Shown here in pieces: positions 28,989 through 39,591 of a stretch of DNA of 64,000 nucleotides; the first letter of the stretch is position 1, and every line of letters starts with the position of its first letter. A model generated the notes under the pieces. That model searched no databases. It was not told the DNA's origin and saw only the letters and a program-made list of their open reading frames with translations. Source of the DNA: an uncultured delta proteobacterium (lineage in GTDB: Bacteria; Desulfobacterota; Desulfobacteria; Desulfobacterales; Desulfosalsimonadaceae); contig CAWGYD010000001.1 in the NCBI GenBank assembly GCA_963826785.1, positions 768,001 to 832,000 of the forward strand, written 5' to 3'. Position numbers and translations under genes: made by a program.

Positions 28989-30500
28989 ATGTTTTACAAC
29001 GTCATCCTGTACATGGCCCTGGCCGTTTTCGGGGTTGGTCTGATCTATAAAATTTCAGGCTGGTTCCGTTTCAGCATCGGTGTCAACCCCTGGAACGAAA
29101 ACAGGCCGGCAAGGTTTCGGACCGCCCTGAAAGGCATGCTGTCGGCCGTCTTCAGTAAAAAAGGCAAGGTGCTGGTCCGGGTGTTTATCACGGACGTGCT
29201 GCTGCAGCTGCAGATACTGAGAAAAAGCAGGCTGCGCTGGCTCATGCACATGCTCATTTTTGCGCCTTTCCTGTTCCTCTTGTTTACGCATGCCCTGGCC
29301 AAAATCATCCCGGTTTCGTTTTATGGCCGCTATTATCTGAAGCCCAATCCCTTCCTGCTCCTTGCCGGATGCATGATACTGGCCGGGCTGGGCATCGCCC
29401 TATACCGCCGATTCGTTTTGAAAGTGCCGCGGCTTCAGACCCGTTCCATGGATCTTTCCATCATCGTCATACTGGCCGTTATTATCGTTTCCGGCATCGC
29501 CATGGAACTGACCAAGCTCACCTCCTACAACCATTATCAGCCGATCTGGAACATTCATGTCCTGACCTGCTTTTTCGGGCTTGCCTATGTGCCGTTCAGC
29601 AAAATGCTGCATGTGTTCACCACGCCGGCAAGCCTGCTCTCCAATGCCGTCATGGATCAAAACGCCGCTCCGGGCAACATCATGACCCGTCAGGCAATGG
29701 AACTGGACGCCTGCACCCGCTGCAGCACCTGCAGCCTTCAGTGCTCCGTTGCAACTGCCGCCGACAGCATCGGAAACCCGCATATCCTGCCGTCGGAAAG
29801 AATGATGTTTCTGAAGGATTATATCGCGGACAAGCGGATCAGCGCGCGGGGTCTTGCCGCGATTCAGCAGGGAATATACCTCTGCACGAATTGTGATCGC
29901 TGCACCGTGGCCTGTCCTGCGGGAATCAATCTGCGGGACCTGTGGTTCAATGTCCGGGAAGAAATGATTCAGCGCGGGGGGGGCGTTCCCCTGATGCTGA
30001 CGCCCTTTTCGTTTTACCGGGGACTCAAGCAGGACAAACTGGATCGGCAAGCATATGACCATCCGCTGGACATCACAGAAAAAGCCCTGACCGGGCACTT
30101 TGAACTGCTCAACCAGACCGATGCCGTCATCGAGCTGACATCCGCCGGCCGGGAATTCAAGACATCAGCCGGACTTTCGCTCCGGGCACGCACCAGTTCC
30201 TATTGCTTCACCTGTGAAAACTGCTCGACCGTGTGCCCGGTGGTCGGCAATTATGACGACCCGAAGGCGCATCTCGACCTGCTGCCGCACCAGATTATAC
30301 GGTCCCTGGGTTTTGGCCTCAAAGACCTGGCGCTGGGTTCCCGGATGCTGTGGTACTGTCTGACCTGCTACCAGTGCCAGGAGCACTGCCCCCAGGGTGT
30401 GAAAGTGACGGATGTCTTCTATGAACTGAAAAACCTTGCGGTAAAAAAGGCCAATCCTTCCCCCCAGAACATCGCAATGGATGAACGCGCTGTAAATTAG
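28989..30500 (+). CDS. HmcE/NarI-like membrane cytochrome b fused to two HdrC-like 2x[4Fe-4S] modules
   Basis: RWLMH, IHVL, PFSKMLHVF NarI motifs; four CxxCxxCxxxC motifs. Confidence 0.85.
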   Translation: MFYNVILYMALAVFGVGLIYKISGWFRFSIGVNPWNENRPARFRTALKGMLSAVFSKKGKVLVRVFITDVLLQLQILRKSRLRWLMHMLIFAPFLFLLFTHALAKIIPVSFYGRYYLKPNPFLLLAGCMILAGLGIALYRRFVLKVPRLQTRSMDLSIIVILAVIIVSGIAMELTKLTSYNHYQPIWNIHVLTCFFGLAYVPFSKMLHVFTTPASLLSNAVMDQNAAPGNIMTRQAMELDACTRCSTCSLQCSVATAADSIGNPHILPSERMMFLKDYIADKRISARGLAAIQQGIYLCTNCDRCTVACPAGINLRDLWFNVREEMIQRGGGVPLMLTPFSFYRGLKQDKLDRQAYDHPLDITEKALTGHFELLNQTDAVIELTSAGREFKTSAGLSLRARTSSYCFTCENCSTVCPVVGNYDDPKAHLDLLPHQIIRSLGFGLKDLALGSRMLWYCLTCYQCQEHCPQGVKVTDVFYELKNLAVKKANPSPQNIAMDERAVN

Positions 30501-30507
30501 GAACTCG

Positions 30508-31371
30508 ATGATGAAATATGCCTTATTTCTCGGATGTAATATTCCGGTCAGAGTCGCGCAGTATGAACTTTCCGCCAGAGCCGTGTTGAATCATCTCGGC
30601 ATAGAGGCGGCGGATAACGCTGAATTCAAGTGCTGCGGCAATCCCATCCGGAATACGGACAACAAGACATTTGTCCTGATGGCCGCCCGGAATCTTGCGC
30701 TGGCGGAGCAGCAGGGGCTGGAAATGATGGTGCTTTGCAAATGCTGCTACGGCAGCCTGAAAAAAGCGGCCCACCTGATGAATCAAGACCCCGGCCTGAA
30801 AGAAGAAGTCAACGCGGTGCTTGCCCGGGAGGGATTGCAGTACACGGGGGATGCCAGGGTGAAGCATTTCCTTTCCGTCCTGTATCATGACATGGGGTTG
30901 GATGTCATTTCAGAAAAAGTGACCCGGCCCTTCAAAGGGCTGAAGATCGCCACCCATTACGGCTGTCATGCCCTGCGGCCCAGTGATGTCACCGAATTTG
31001 ACGACCCGGTCGCACCGGTATTGTTTGACAAACTGGTCTCCGCCACCGGTGCCCAGAGCATCAACTGGCCCATGAAGCTGGAATGCTGCGGCGCTCCGCT
31101 CACGGGTGTCAATGACCGTCTGGCCATGGATTTGACCGAAAAAAAACTGGCCGATGGAAAACGGGCCGGGGCCGACTTTCTGTGTGTCGCCTGCCCCTAT
31201 TGCCAGATGCAGTTCGACCGGGTCCAGCAAATGATGCCACCTGCCGGTATGGGCCTCGCCAGCATGGTTTTTCCCCAGCTTCTCGGGCTTGCCATGGGCA
31301 TCAGCGGGGATGCCCTGGGGATCGCCATGAACAAAATTAATAACAACAGTATTGAATCCTTTCTGGAGTAA
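30508..31371 (+). CDS. hdrB: heterodisulfide reductase subunit B (CCG domains)
   Basis: [42 protein letters not shown]. Confidence 0.92.
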   Translation: MMKYALFLGCNIPVRVAQYELSARAVLNHLGIEAADNAEFKCCGNPIRNTDNKTFVLMAARNLALAEQQGLEMMVLCKCCYGSLKKAAHLMNQDPGLKEEVNAVLAREGLQYTGDARVKHFLSVLYHDMGLDVISEKVTRPFKGLKIATHYGCHALRPSDVTEFDDPVAPVLFDKLVSATGAQSINWPMKLECCGAPLTGVNDRLAMDLTEKKLADGKRAGADFLCVACPYCQMQFDRVQQMMPPAGMGLASMVFPQLLGLAMGISGDALGIAMNKINNNSIESFLE

Positions 31372-31379
31372 GAGGAAAA

Positions 31380-34300
31380 ATGTCTCAAAAAGAAATTGGC
31401 GCTGTGATGGTTGTCGGCGGCGGCATCGCCGGCATGCAGGCGGCCCTGGATGCGGCTGATTCCGGTTATTACGTCTATCTGGTCGAAAGGTCGTCTTCCA
31501 TCGGCGGGGTGATGTCCCAACTGGACAAGACCTTTCCCACCAATGATTGCGCCATGTGAGTCATCTCGCCCAAACTGGTCGAGGTCGGCCGGCACATCAA
31601 CATCGAGTTAATGACCCTGTCCGAAGTTTCCAGCATTTCCGGCGAACAGGGAAATTTTGCGGTCTCCCTGCGGCAGTATCCCCGCTACGTGGATCTGGAG
31701 AAATGTATCGCCTGCGGGCTGTGTTCGGACAAGTGCCCCAGGCGGGTCAAAAATGAATATGACGGCAGCCTGAGTGAACGCAAGGCCATTTACGTCAAAT
31801 ATGCCCAGGCGGTTCCCCTCAAATACGCCATTGATCCGACCCAGTGCCTTTTTCTGACCAAGGGAAAATGCAAGGCGTGTGAAAAATTCTGCCCCGCCGG
31901 CGCCATTAATTATGACGAGCAGCCCAAAGACATCGACCTGAATGTGGGCGCCGTCATCCTGGCCGGCGGCTGCACCCCGTACGATCCGAAGATGCATGAC
32001 GTCTATGGCTACGGCAAGTCCAAGAACATCGTCACCAGCCTGGAATATGAGCGCATCCTCTCGTCGTCGGGCCCCTATGGCGGGCACCTGGTCCGCCCCT
32101 CGGACAAAAAGGAACCCGAAAAGATCGCATGGCTTCAGTGCATCGGATCAAGAGATGTGCACATCGGCGCCAGGGGATACTGTTCATCGGTCTGCTGCAC
32201 CTATGCCATCAAGGAAGCCATGCTTTCCAAGGAGCACAGCAAAAACCCGCTGGATACGGCTATCTTTTACATGGATATCCGCGCCCATGGAAAAGACTTC
32301 GAGCGATACTACAACCGGGCCCGGGATGAATACGGCGTCCGGTTCGTCAAATCAAAAATCACTCATATTGTTCCGACGGAGGGCGGCGGTCAGCTGATCC
32401 GCTATTTCGATGAATCCGGCAGGCGGGTGGAAGAGGAATTTGACATCGTGGTGCTTTCGGTGGGGCTGGGCGCCAGTGAAGCCGCCGTCGCCCAGGCCCG
32501 GGCCGCTCACATCGGCATGGATGCCTATGGGTTTGTCAAAACCAGCAGCTTTGCCCCCGTCAAGACATCCCGGCCCGGCATCTTCGTCTGCGGCGCTTTC
32601 GAGGCCCCCAAGGATATCCCTTCTTCGGTGATTGAAGCAAGCGCATCCGCCGGAAGCGCCGGAAGCTGCCTGACCAGTGCGCGCTGGTCCCTGACCCGGA
32701 AGAAACAGCCGCCCACAGAACTGGATACGCGCGGCGTCCCCCCCCGGATCGGCGTATTTGTCTGCTGCTGCGGCACCAATATCGCCGGTGTCATCGATGT
32801 GCCGGCGGTGGTTGAATACGCAAAAACCCTGAAAGATGTCGTCTTTACAGAGCAGAACATGTTTTCCTGTTCCCAGGACACCCAGGACAATATGGCCCGG
32901 ATTATCAAGGAGCAGAAATTGAACCGGGTGGTGGTGGCGGCCTGCACCCCTAAAACCCACGAACCGCTTTTCCAGGAGACCCTGATTAATGCCGGCCTGA
33001 ACAAGTATGTTTTTGAGATGGCCAACATCCGGAACCATTGCTCCTGGGTCAATAAAAGCAACCCTGAAACCGCGACCGACAAGGTGAAAGATCTTGTCCG
33101 GATGGCAGTGGCCAAGGTGGGGCTTATGGAGCCCCTCAAGGAAGCCGAACTCCAGATCAATCCGTCGGCCCTGGTCATCGGCGGCGGCATTGCCGGCATC
33201 ACGGCCGCAAAGACCCTTTCCGACCAGGGGTATCACGCGTATCTGGTGGAAAAAAGCGATCGGCTGGGGGGGCAGGCCCTTCAGATTCATGAGACCTGGC
33301 AGGGGGAGAATGTCGCAGAGAATGTAAACCGCATGATCGAGGAGATTTCCGCGGACAGCAACATCGATATTTTCACGAATGCCGAAATCATCGGAACGGA
33401 CGGATTCGTCGGAAACTTCAACACCACCATCCAGATTGCGGACCAAAAAACGGAGCTGCCGCACGGGGTTGCGATCATCGCGTCCGGTGCGGTGGAGTTA
33501 AAGCCGGATCAGTATCTGTACGGCCGGGATGATCGGGTTCTCACCGCACTTGAACTGGACCGCCGGCTCATTGATGATGATCCGGCTCTGTCGAAGAACA
33601 AAACCGCCCTTTTCATTCAGTGCGTCGGGTCCAGAATCCCCGAGCGGCCCTATTGTTCCAAAGTCTGCTGCACCCATTCCATCAAAAACGCCCTTGCGCT
33701 TCGAAAACTCAACCCGGAAATGGATATATACATTCTCTACCGGGATATGCGCGCCTATGGGCTTCGCGAGGACCTGTACCGGGAGGCAAGAGAAAAGGGC
33801 ATCATTTTCATCCGTTATGATGCGGACCCGGGGCTGGATGTTTATCGCGAAGAAGAAGATCTAAAGGTCGCCTTTTCCGACACGGTCCTTCGCCGCAAAC
33901 TGGAGATCAACCCGGATCTGCTGGTGCTGGCCACGGCCATCACACCGCCCATGGAAAATCCGCTCGCGCAGCAGTATAAAGTGACCTTGAACAACGACGG
34001 GTTCTTCATGGAAGCCCATGCCAAACTCAGGCCGGTGGACTGCGCAACCGACGGTATTTTCATCTGCGGACTGGCGCATGCACCCAAGCCGATTGACGAA
34101 TCCGTGGCCCAGGCCATCGCGGCGGCAACCCGGGCGGTGACCCTGCTGGCCCGAAAATCCATTCAGACCAGCGGAAATATCGCCGAAGTGGTCCCGGCGG
34201 CATGCAGCAGCTGCGGGGTCTGCGTTTCACTTTGCCCGTATTCGGCCCCTTCCTTTATCGATCAAAGCGCACGGTTTTTCCCCGGAAAAGCCACCATCAA

Positions 34301-34424
34301 CCCCGTGCTTTGCAAAGGGTGCGGATTGTGCGCGGCCTCCTGCCGCTCCGGCGCCATCCGGCTGAAGGGGTTTGACAATGATCAGATATTCGCGCAGATA
34401 AACGCGCTGACCGAAATCGCATAG
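31380..34424 (+). CDS. hdrA: selenocysteine-containing HdrA-like flavoprotein with two FAD modules (1014 aa, U60)
   Basis: ATG 31380 after GAGG, in frame with 31611 [22 protein letters not shown][TGA 31557-31559]VISPKL; two GGGIAG and two CxGSR..CSxVCC motifs. Confidence 0.92.
31575..31592 (+). promoter_or_regulatory. bacterial SECIS hairpin
   Basis: CTGGTCG-AGGT-CGGCCGG stem-loop with G-containing loop beginning 15 nt after the in-frame TGA. Confidence 0.78.
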
Positions 34425-34520
34425 CACAGCAATATTTTTAAGATTGTTGATAAAGATCACATTTCGCCGTATCGTTGGTAATAGCGGTATCCTGTCATTT
34501 TAAAATGAGCGGAGGGCGTT

Positions 34521-35621
34521 ATGAAAACTTTTTCCGATCTGATCGAGGAAGTTCAAAAACCGGGTCTCTGCCAGCGCTGCGGCGGCTGTGTCGCCTTTTG
34601 CACCGCCATTAATTACGGCGCCCTGGAATTGGATGAAGAAGGCCGGCCCCGGTATAAATCGGCAGAAAAGTGCATCGAAGGCGGTCTGTGCTACTCCATC
34701 TGCCCGGAGACCCATGAGCAGGATGAGGAAATCAAGAAGCTCGTGGGATGGCGTCCGCCCATGGGACGCGTTTTAAACACATTCGTCGCCCGGGCCAACC
34801 AGCCGGCCATTCAGCAGCGGGCCACCGATGGCGGTGTGGTGACCGCCCTGCTGCTCCATTTATATGATAAGGGCGATATTGACGGGGCCATTGTCACCAA
34901 AGAGACCGGATTGTTTCAGCGGTCGCCCTGGGTGGCCTTCTCCCGGGAGGAAATCCTGGAATCCGCCGGGTTCCACTTCGATGCGTCCCACGGCCTGGAG
35001 CTTTTTTCGGAACTGTATTCAACCTATTCCCCTGCATTTGTTAAAGCCGGATATTTAGGCGCAAAACGGCTGGAGCGGGTCGCCTTTGTTGGCTCCCCCT
35101 GCCAGGTAAACGCACTCCGACGAATCCAGGCGCTGAGCCTGGAACCCTCCAATTCCATTACCATCGTCTTCGGGCTCTTCTGTACGGGCAATTTTATCTT
35201 CGGCCCCGAACAACGGCTCCGGCTGGAAGAAATCGGCCGTTTTAACTGGAGCGAGGTCTCACGGATCAATGTGAAGGAAGATTTCATGATCCATCTTCGC
35301 AACGGGGAGGTTCGCCATCTTCCCATTGACCAGCTTGAATTCATGAAACGCCATGCCTGCCATTTCTGCTCCGATTACAGTGCCGAATACGCGGATTTAT
35401 CTTTCGGAGGCCTGGGCTCGCCGGAAGGGTGGACGACCGTTCTTACGCGCACACCCCTGGGGCAAACTGTATTAAACGATGCCCTGGGCGGGGCTGTGGA
35501 AACAATGCACAAGCGCAATCCCCAATTGGCGGCGGCTGCTTTTCAAAAAATCACCGGGCAATCCGAGAAGAAGAAGCAGTCGGCGAAAAACAGCAGGATG
35601 GAGGAAATGCGGCGTCAATAG
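34521..35621 (+). CDS. FrhB/FdhB-family (F420 hydrogenase beta-like) flavoprotein
   Basis: CQRCGGCVAFC, TDGGVVTALL, VGSPCQ, GLFC, CHFCSDYSAEYADLSFGG. Confidence 0.88.
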   Translation: MKTFSDLIEEVQKPGLCQRCGGCVAFCTAINYGALELDEEGRPRYKSAEKCIEGGLCYSICPETHEQDEEIKKLVGWRPPMGRVLNTFVARANQPAIQQRATDGGVVTALLLHLYDKGDIDGAIVTKETGLFQRSPWVAFSREEILESAGFHFDASHGLELFSELYSTYSPAFVKAGYLGAKRLERVAFVGSPCQVNALRRIQALSLEPSNSITIVFGLFCTGNFIFGPEQRLRLEEIGRFNWSEVSRINVKEDFMIHLRNGEVRHLPIDQLEFMKRHACHFCSDYSAEYADLSFGGLGSPEGWTTVLTRTPLGQTVLNDALGGAVETMHKRNPQLAAAAFQKITGQSEKKKQSAKNSRMEEMRRQ

Positions 35622-35750
35622 CGCCCGTCGGCAGTCGGTCTTTGCATTCGGGCCCGTTTCGCACCCCTTGACTTTTGGTTAAGGGATCACCTGGGACTCT
35701 CGGTTTTCCGGGCACTTTCCGGAAATGGCCATCAGAACAGGAGGACGATA

Positions 35751-36665
35751 ATGTTCAGCAAAATTCTGTTTGCCACCAACGCATCCCCCACATGCGACGA
35801 GGCGGCCCGGGTGGCTTTTGATCTGGCCAGAAAATACGGGTCAAAACTTGTCCTGTTTCATGTCATGGGGATTCCCACCCGCGGGTTCAGCCCGTTTATC
35901 AAGGACATCCGCACGGGTGAGGAAGAAACCTACGATCAGGACTACACCGCCTGGGTGGTGGAAGAAATGGAAACCACCTATGCAAAGCAGCTGGCCGAGT
36001 GCAGGGATTTCAAGATCATCACCCGGATCGGCCAGCCGCACACGGAAATTTTACGGCTGTCCCGGGAGGAGGATGTCGACCTGATCGTCATGGGGGCGCA
36101 TTCCCGGTCGGAAAAGACAGGGGAGGCAAGCTACCGGGGAATGGCGGGCAATACCATGCGGAAGGTGACCAAATTCGCCAAGTGCCCCGTATTTATCATC
36201 AGCAGGCCTTGCATGACCTGTTTCTGTTATTTTTCCAATATCGTATTCGGAACCGATTTTTCAAAGGCATCTGACGCAGCATTTCTTTTTGCACGCAAGA
36301 CGGCGCTGGAAATCGGCTGCCGGTTGTTTTTGTTTCACGCCCTGGATGTAAATCCATTCAATCCGATCCGGATGATGCGCCAGGAGGAAATCGAAAAAGC
36401 ACTGGAGACGGCCCGAAAGAAAATCACGCATCGGTATGTGTCCAAAATGGATGGCTTCGACAACTACCAGGTGGATGTCCTGGAGGGAATACCCCATGTG
36501 GAAATCATCAAATATGCCAGGGAGAAGAAGGCCGATCTGATTGTCATGGCCCATCATGCCCGGGACATCGATCCGGAAGAAGCCGAACTGGGAAGTACGG
36601 TGGAACAGGTGGTGCTCAGAGCCTCCTGCCCGGTGGCCAGCGTGAACCGCCCGGATAAAATTTAG
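35751..36665 (+). CDS. tandem universal stress protein (2 UspA domains)
   Basis: KILFAT..DLIVMGAH..CPV and NIVFGTDFS..DLIVMAH..LGSTVEQVV..CPV. Confidence 0.9.
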   Translation: MFSKILFATNASPTCDEAARVAFDLARKYGSKLVLFHVMGIPTRGFSPFIKDIRTGEEETYDQDYTAWVVEEMETTYAKQLAECRDFKIITRIGQPHTEILRLSREEDVDLIVMGAHSRSEKTGEASYRGMAGNTMRKVTKFAKCPVFIISRPCMTCFCYFSNIVFGTDFSKASDAAFLFARKTALEIGCRLFLFHALDVNPFNPIRMMRQEEIEKALETARKKITHRYVSKMDGFDNYQVDVLEGIPHVEIIKYAREKKADLIVMAHHARDIDPEEAELGSTVEQVVLRASCPVASVNRPDKI

Positions 36666-36738
36666 GAAGATCTTCACAGAACTTCGCACACCAGTCTCCT
36701 TCAATCTGTTCGCTTTCAGAAATGGGGAGATAGCCCTT

Positions 36739-36952
36739 AAACCTGCGATCCATGGGCGGTTTACAGTGCCCAAAATCTTCAAGCCCTGTCCGGTTCATCC
36801 CTGACGGCGATGCAGCCCGTGATCATCGGTTATCCTGGAAAAAACGGGCCGACATCGCCGGAAAAACTTGCATCCGACCTGAACCTGAGCAGGTCCGGGT
36901 TCGAGCGGGCAATGGCTTGCAGGAAGGCCGGAAACTGATCTGCCTGTGGTAA
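36739..36952 (+). pseudogene. decayed copy of the 55688..56041 Zn-finger/wHTH gene
   Basis: TCDPWAVYSA..KNGPT.PEKLASDLNLS..FER.MA then 34-nt deletion/frameshift; no 5' part. Confidence 0.85.
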
Positions 36953-36963
36953 AAGGAAAACGC

Positions 36964-37581
36964 ATGACTTCAATGGCACCCGTATTTGAGAAGATATACA
37001 GAGATTATGTCGCGCAGGTGGCGGCCCTGGATCTGACCGGAAGGGCCGAAAAGCTCGGCATCCAGGTCGACGGGAACACCGCCCGGATCCCTTTTTTTCA
37101 TGAATTGTATACCATTGCCCCCGACGGGATCACGGATCGGCAGAAAAAGCGTCCCCCGCACGCCGTCAGCGTCATCCTCTGCAAATATCTCCTGCTCTGC
37201 CCCGAAAACGCCGGAAATGACCGTGATCTGGTAACCTACAAGGATTTCAGGGATGCCGCCCCCTATGTCGAAGGGTTCAAAAACACCGCGGAGAAGCCTG
37301 TCACCCGGCATTTTTCCGGAAAAATCGATGCGCTTGAAAAATGCTGCCGAAAACTGGGAGGATCACCCCACGATCTGGGCATCTCCTCTGAACTTTCCGA
37401 CCGCTTCCTGCCCCTGCCGGAGGTGCCTGTATATCTGCTCTTCAATGATAAAGACGATGAATTCCCAGCGGACTGCTCGCTGCTGTTTGAGCGCCGCGCT
37501 GCAAATTACCAGGATATGGAATGTCTGGCCATGATCGGGATGGTGCTGGCGGAGTGGCTGGTGAATGCGGATCGGCCCTGA
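36964..37581 (+). CDS. DUF3786 family protein
   Basis: VILCKYLL, LPEVPVYLLFNDKDDEFPADCSLLF..YQDMECLA pattern. Confidence 0.82.
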   Translation: MTSMAPVFEKIYRDYVAQVAALDLTGRAEKLGIQVDGNTARIPFFHELYTIAPDGITDRQKKRPPHAVSVILCKYLLLCPENAGNDRDLVTYKDFRDAAPYVEGFKNTAEKPVTRHFSGKIDALEKCCRKLGGSPHDLGISSELSDRFLPLPEVPVYLLFNDKDDEFPADCSLLFERRAANYQDMECLAMIGMVLAEWLVNADRP

Positions 37582-37700
37582 CCACCGGGCACATGCTAAC
37601 GAAAGATCGACCGCCAGGTCCCGCTGGACCCGCTTCATCCATTCGGGCAGACAGATCCGGTCGGAAATGAACGGATCCGATAAGGTTTATTGGCTTTCCC

Positions 37701-37716
37701 GGGCATTGCAAGTGCA
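37701..37716 (+). promoter_or_regulatory. possible sigma54 promoter of acyl-CoA synthetase
   Basis: GGGCATTGCAAGTGCA has GG-N10-GC but imperfect flanks. Confidence 0.35.
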
Positions 37717-37838
37717 ATGTAAACGATGTTTAATGAAGTGAACCGATTTTTGTTGTCTGCCATTAAATAAGATGATATTTTTTCTTTCCCACTGGTGCTC
37801 GACAAGAATGGAACACTCAAACAATATAAGGAGAGCTT

Positions 37839-39443
37839 ATGAACGACCCATCTGTTAATTATGAAGTTGAAACGCCGATCAGTTTTCTGGAACGCAGTGT
37901 GCAGGTGTATCCGGAGAAGACCGCCGTTGTTTACAATGAGAAACGATACAGCTACCAGGAATTTAACAACCGGATCAATCAGCTGGCCAGCGCATTGAAG
38001 AAAGCGGGGGTTGGCAGAGGAGACAAGGTTGCGTTTATCTGTCCCAACACCCCGCCTCTTTTAGAAGCCCATTACGCGGTGCCGCTCATCGGGGCCGCCC
38101 TGGTCAGCGTGAACATACGGCTCAGCCAGGGGGAAGTCGCCTACATCCTGGAGCATTCGGACAGCAAAATCGTTTTTGTCGACAATGAGTTCGCGCCCGT
38201 CGTACAGCCTTCCCTGGATCAACTCCACAAGGTCGAAGCCTTTGTCAACATATGCGACCAGTCCCCGGACCGCCCGCTTCCCGGCATGGAATATGAAGAG
38301 TTCCTCCTTACCGGTGACACCGCCCCAGTTGAGAGGGAAATAGACGATGAACGGGGGGTGATCACCATCAATTACACCAGCGGGACCACCGGTATGCCCA
38401 AGGGGGTCATGTACCATCACCGGGGCGCCTATCTCACGGCGATAGACGATGCCCTGGAAACGCTGATGTCCTATGAGTCGGTCTACCTGTGGACTCTGCC
38501 GATGTTTCACTGCAACGGCTGGTGCTTTACCTGGGGCGTGACCGCGGTCGGGGGCACCCATGTCTGTCTTCGAAAAGTCGATCCGGCGGAGATTTTCAAA
38601 CTCGTCGAAAGGGAAAAGGTGACCCACATGTGCGGCGCCCCGATCGTTTTGATCGGCATGGCCGATTACGCCAAGAACCATGAAGTCAAGCTGGAAAAGC
38701 CGCTGAAGATCGTCACCGGCGGTGCCCCGCCGTCACCCTCCATTATCGAGGCGATGGAATCGCTGGGGGCGCGGATTACCCATGTCTACGGTCTGACCGA
38801 GGTGTACGGCCCCAACACCATTTGCGCCTGGAACTCGGAATGGGACAACCTTTCCGCCGAAGCGCAGGCGAAGCTGAGATCGCGGCAGGGCGTACCCTAT
38901 ATCGTTTCGAAGAACATGGATGTCGTCCATCAGGAAACCATGGAACCGGTGCCCAAAGACGGGAAAACCATCGGTGAAATCGTCATGAAAGGCAATCTCG
39001 TGATGCTCGGGTATTACAAAGACCCCGAAGCAACCGAAAAAGCATTTCGCGGCGGATGGTTTCACACGGGCGACCTCGCGGTGACGCACCCGGACAATTA
39101 CATTCAGATCATGGACCGGGAAAAGGACATCATCATCAGCGGCGGCGAAAATATTTCCAGCGTAGAGGTGGAAAACACCCTGTACAAGCATCCGGATGTT
39201 CTGGAAGTGGCCGTGGTGGCCACCGCGGATCCGAAATGGGGGGAAGTGCCCAAGGCCTTCATCACCCTGAGGGCGGGCAGCAGCGCCACCGAAGAAGAGA
39301 TCATTTCATTTTGCAAGCAGCACCTCGCCCGATTCAAGGCGCCCAAGAAGATCGAGTTTACCGCGCTGCCCAAGACGGCGACCGGCAAGATCCAGAAATA
39401 CGTGCTCCGGCAGCAGGAGCGGGAGAAAAGTAAACAAAATTAG
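37839..39443 (+). CDS. acyl-CoA synthetase (AMP-forming)
   Basis: YTSGTTGMPKG, YGLTE, FHTGDL, PKTATGKIQK. Confidence 0.95.
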   Translation: MNDPSVNYEVETPISFLERSVQVYPEKTAVVYNEKRYSYQEFNNRINQLASALKKAGVGRGDKVAFICPNTPPLLEAHYAVPLIGAALVSVNIRLSQGEVAYILEHSDSKIVFVDNEFAPVVQPSLDQLHKVEAFVNICDQSPDRPLPGMEYEEFLLTGDTAPVEREIDDERGVITINYTSGTTGMPKGVMYHHRGAYLTAIDDALETLMSYESVYLWTLPMFHCNGWCFTWGVTAVGGTHVCLRKVDPAEIFKLVEREKVTHMCGAPIVLIGMADYAKNHEVKLEKPLKIVTGGAPPSPSIIEAMESLGARITHVYGLTEVYGPNTICAWNSEWDNLSAEAQAKLRSRQGVPYIVSKNMDVVHQETMEPVPKDGKTIGEIVMKGNLVMLGYYKDPEATEKAFRGGWFHTGDLAVTHPDNYIQIMDREKDIIISGGENISSVEVENTLYKHPDVLEVAVVATADPKWGEVPKAFITLRAGSSATEEEIISFCKQHLARFKAPKKIEFTALPKTATGKIQKYVLRQQEREKSKQN

Positions 39444-39538
39444 AAGCGGCAGGCAAACAGGTTTAAAAAAAAAATCACCTGAACCGTCCGATCCCATATC
39501 CTGCCGGACAAAATTAATGAAGTCGTAAAGTAAATCAG

Positions 39539-39587
39539 AAAGATCTGCTCACTGGGCATCAGCAAACTGTCAATGAGCAGATCTTTT
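39539..39587. terminator. bidirectional terminator between convergent genes
   Basis: AAGATCTGCTCA / TGAGCAGATCTT inverted repeat. Confidence 0.6.
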
Positions 39588-39591
39588 ATTT

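Noticed and set aside
31380..31559. Separate 59-aa ORF or hdrA pseudogene
   Set aside because: The TGA is at the conserved Cys/Sec position, in frame, and followed by a SECIS-like hairpin
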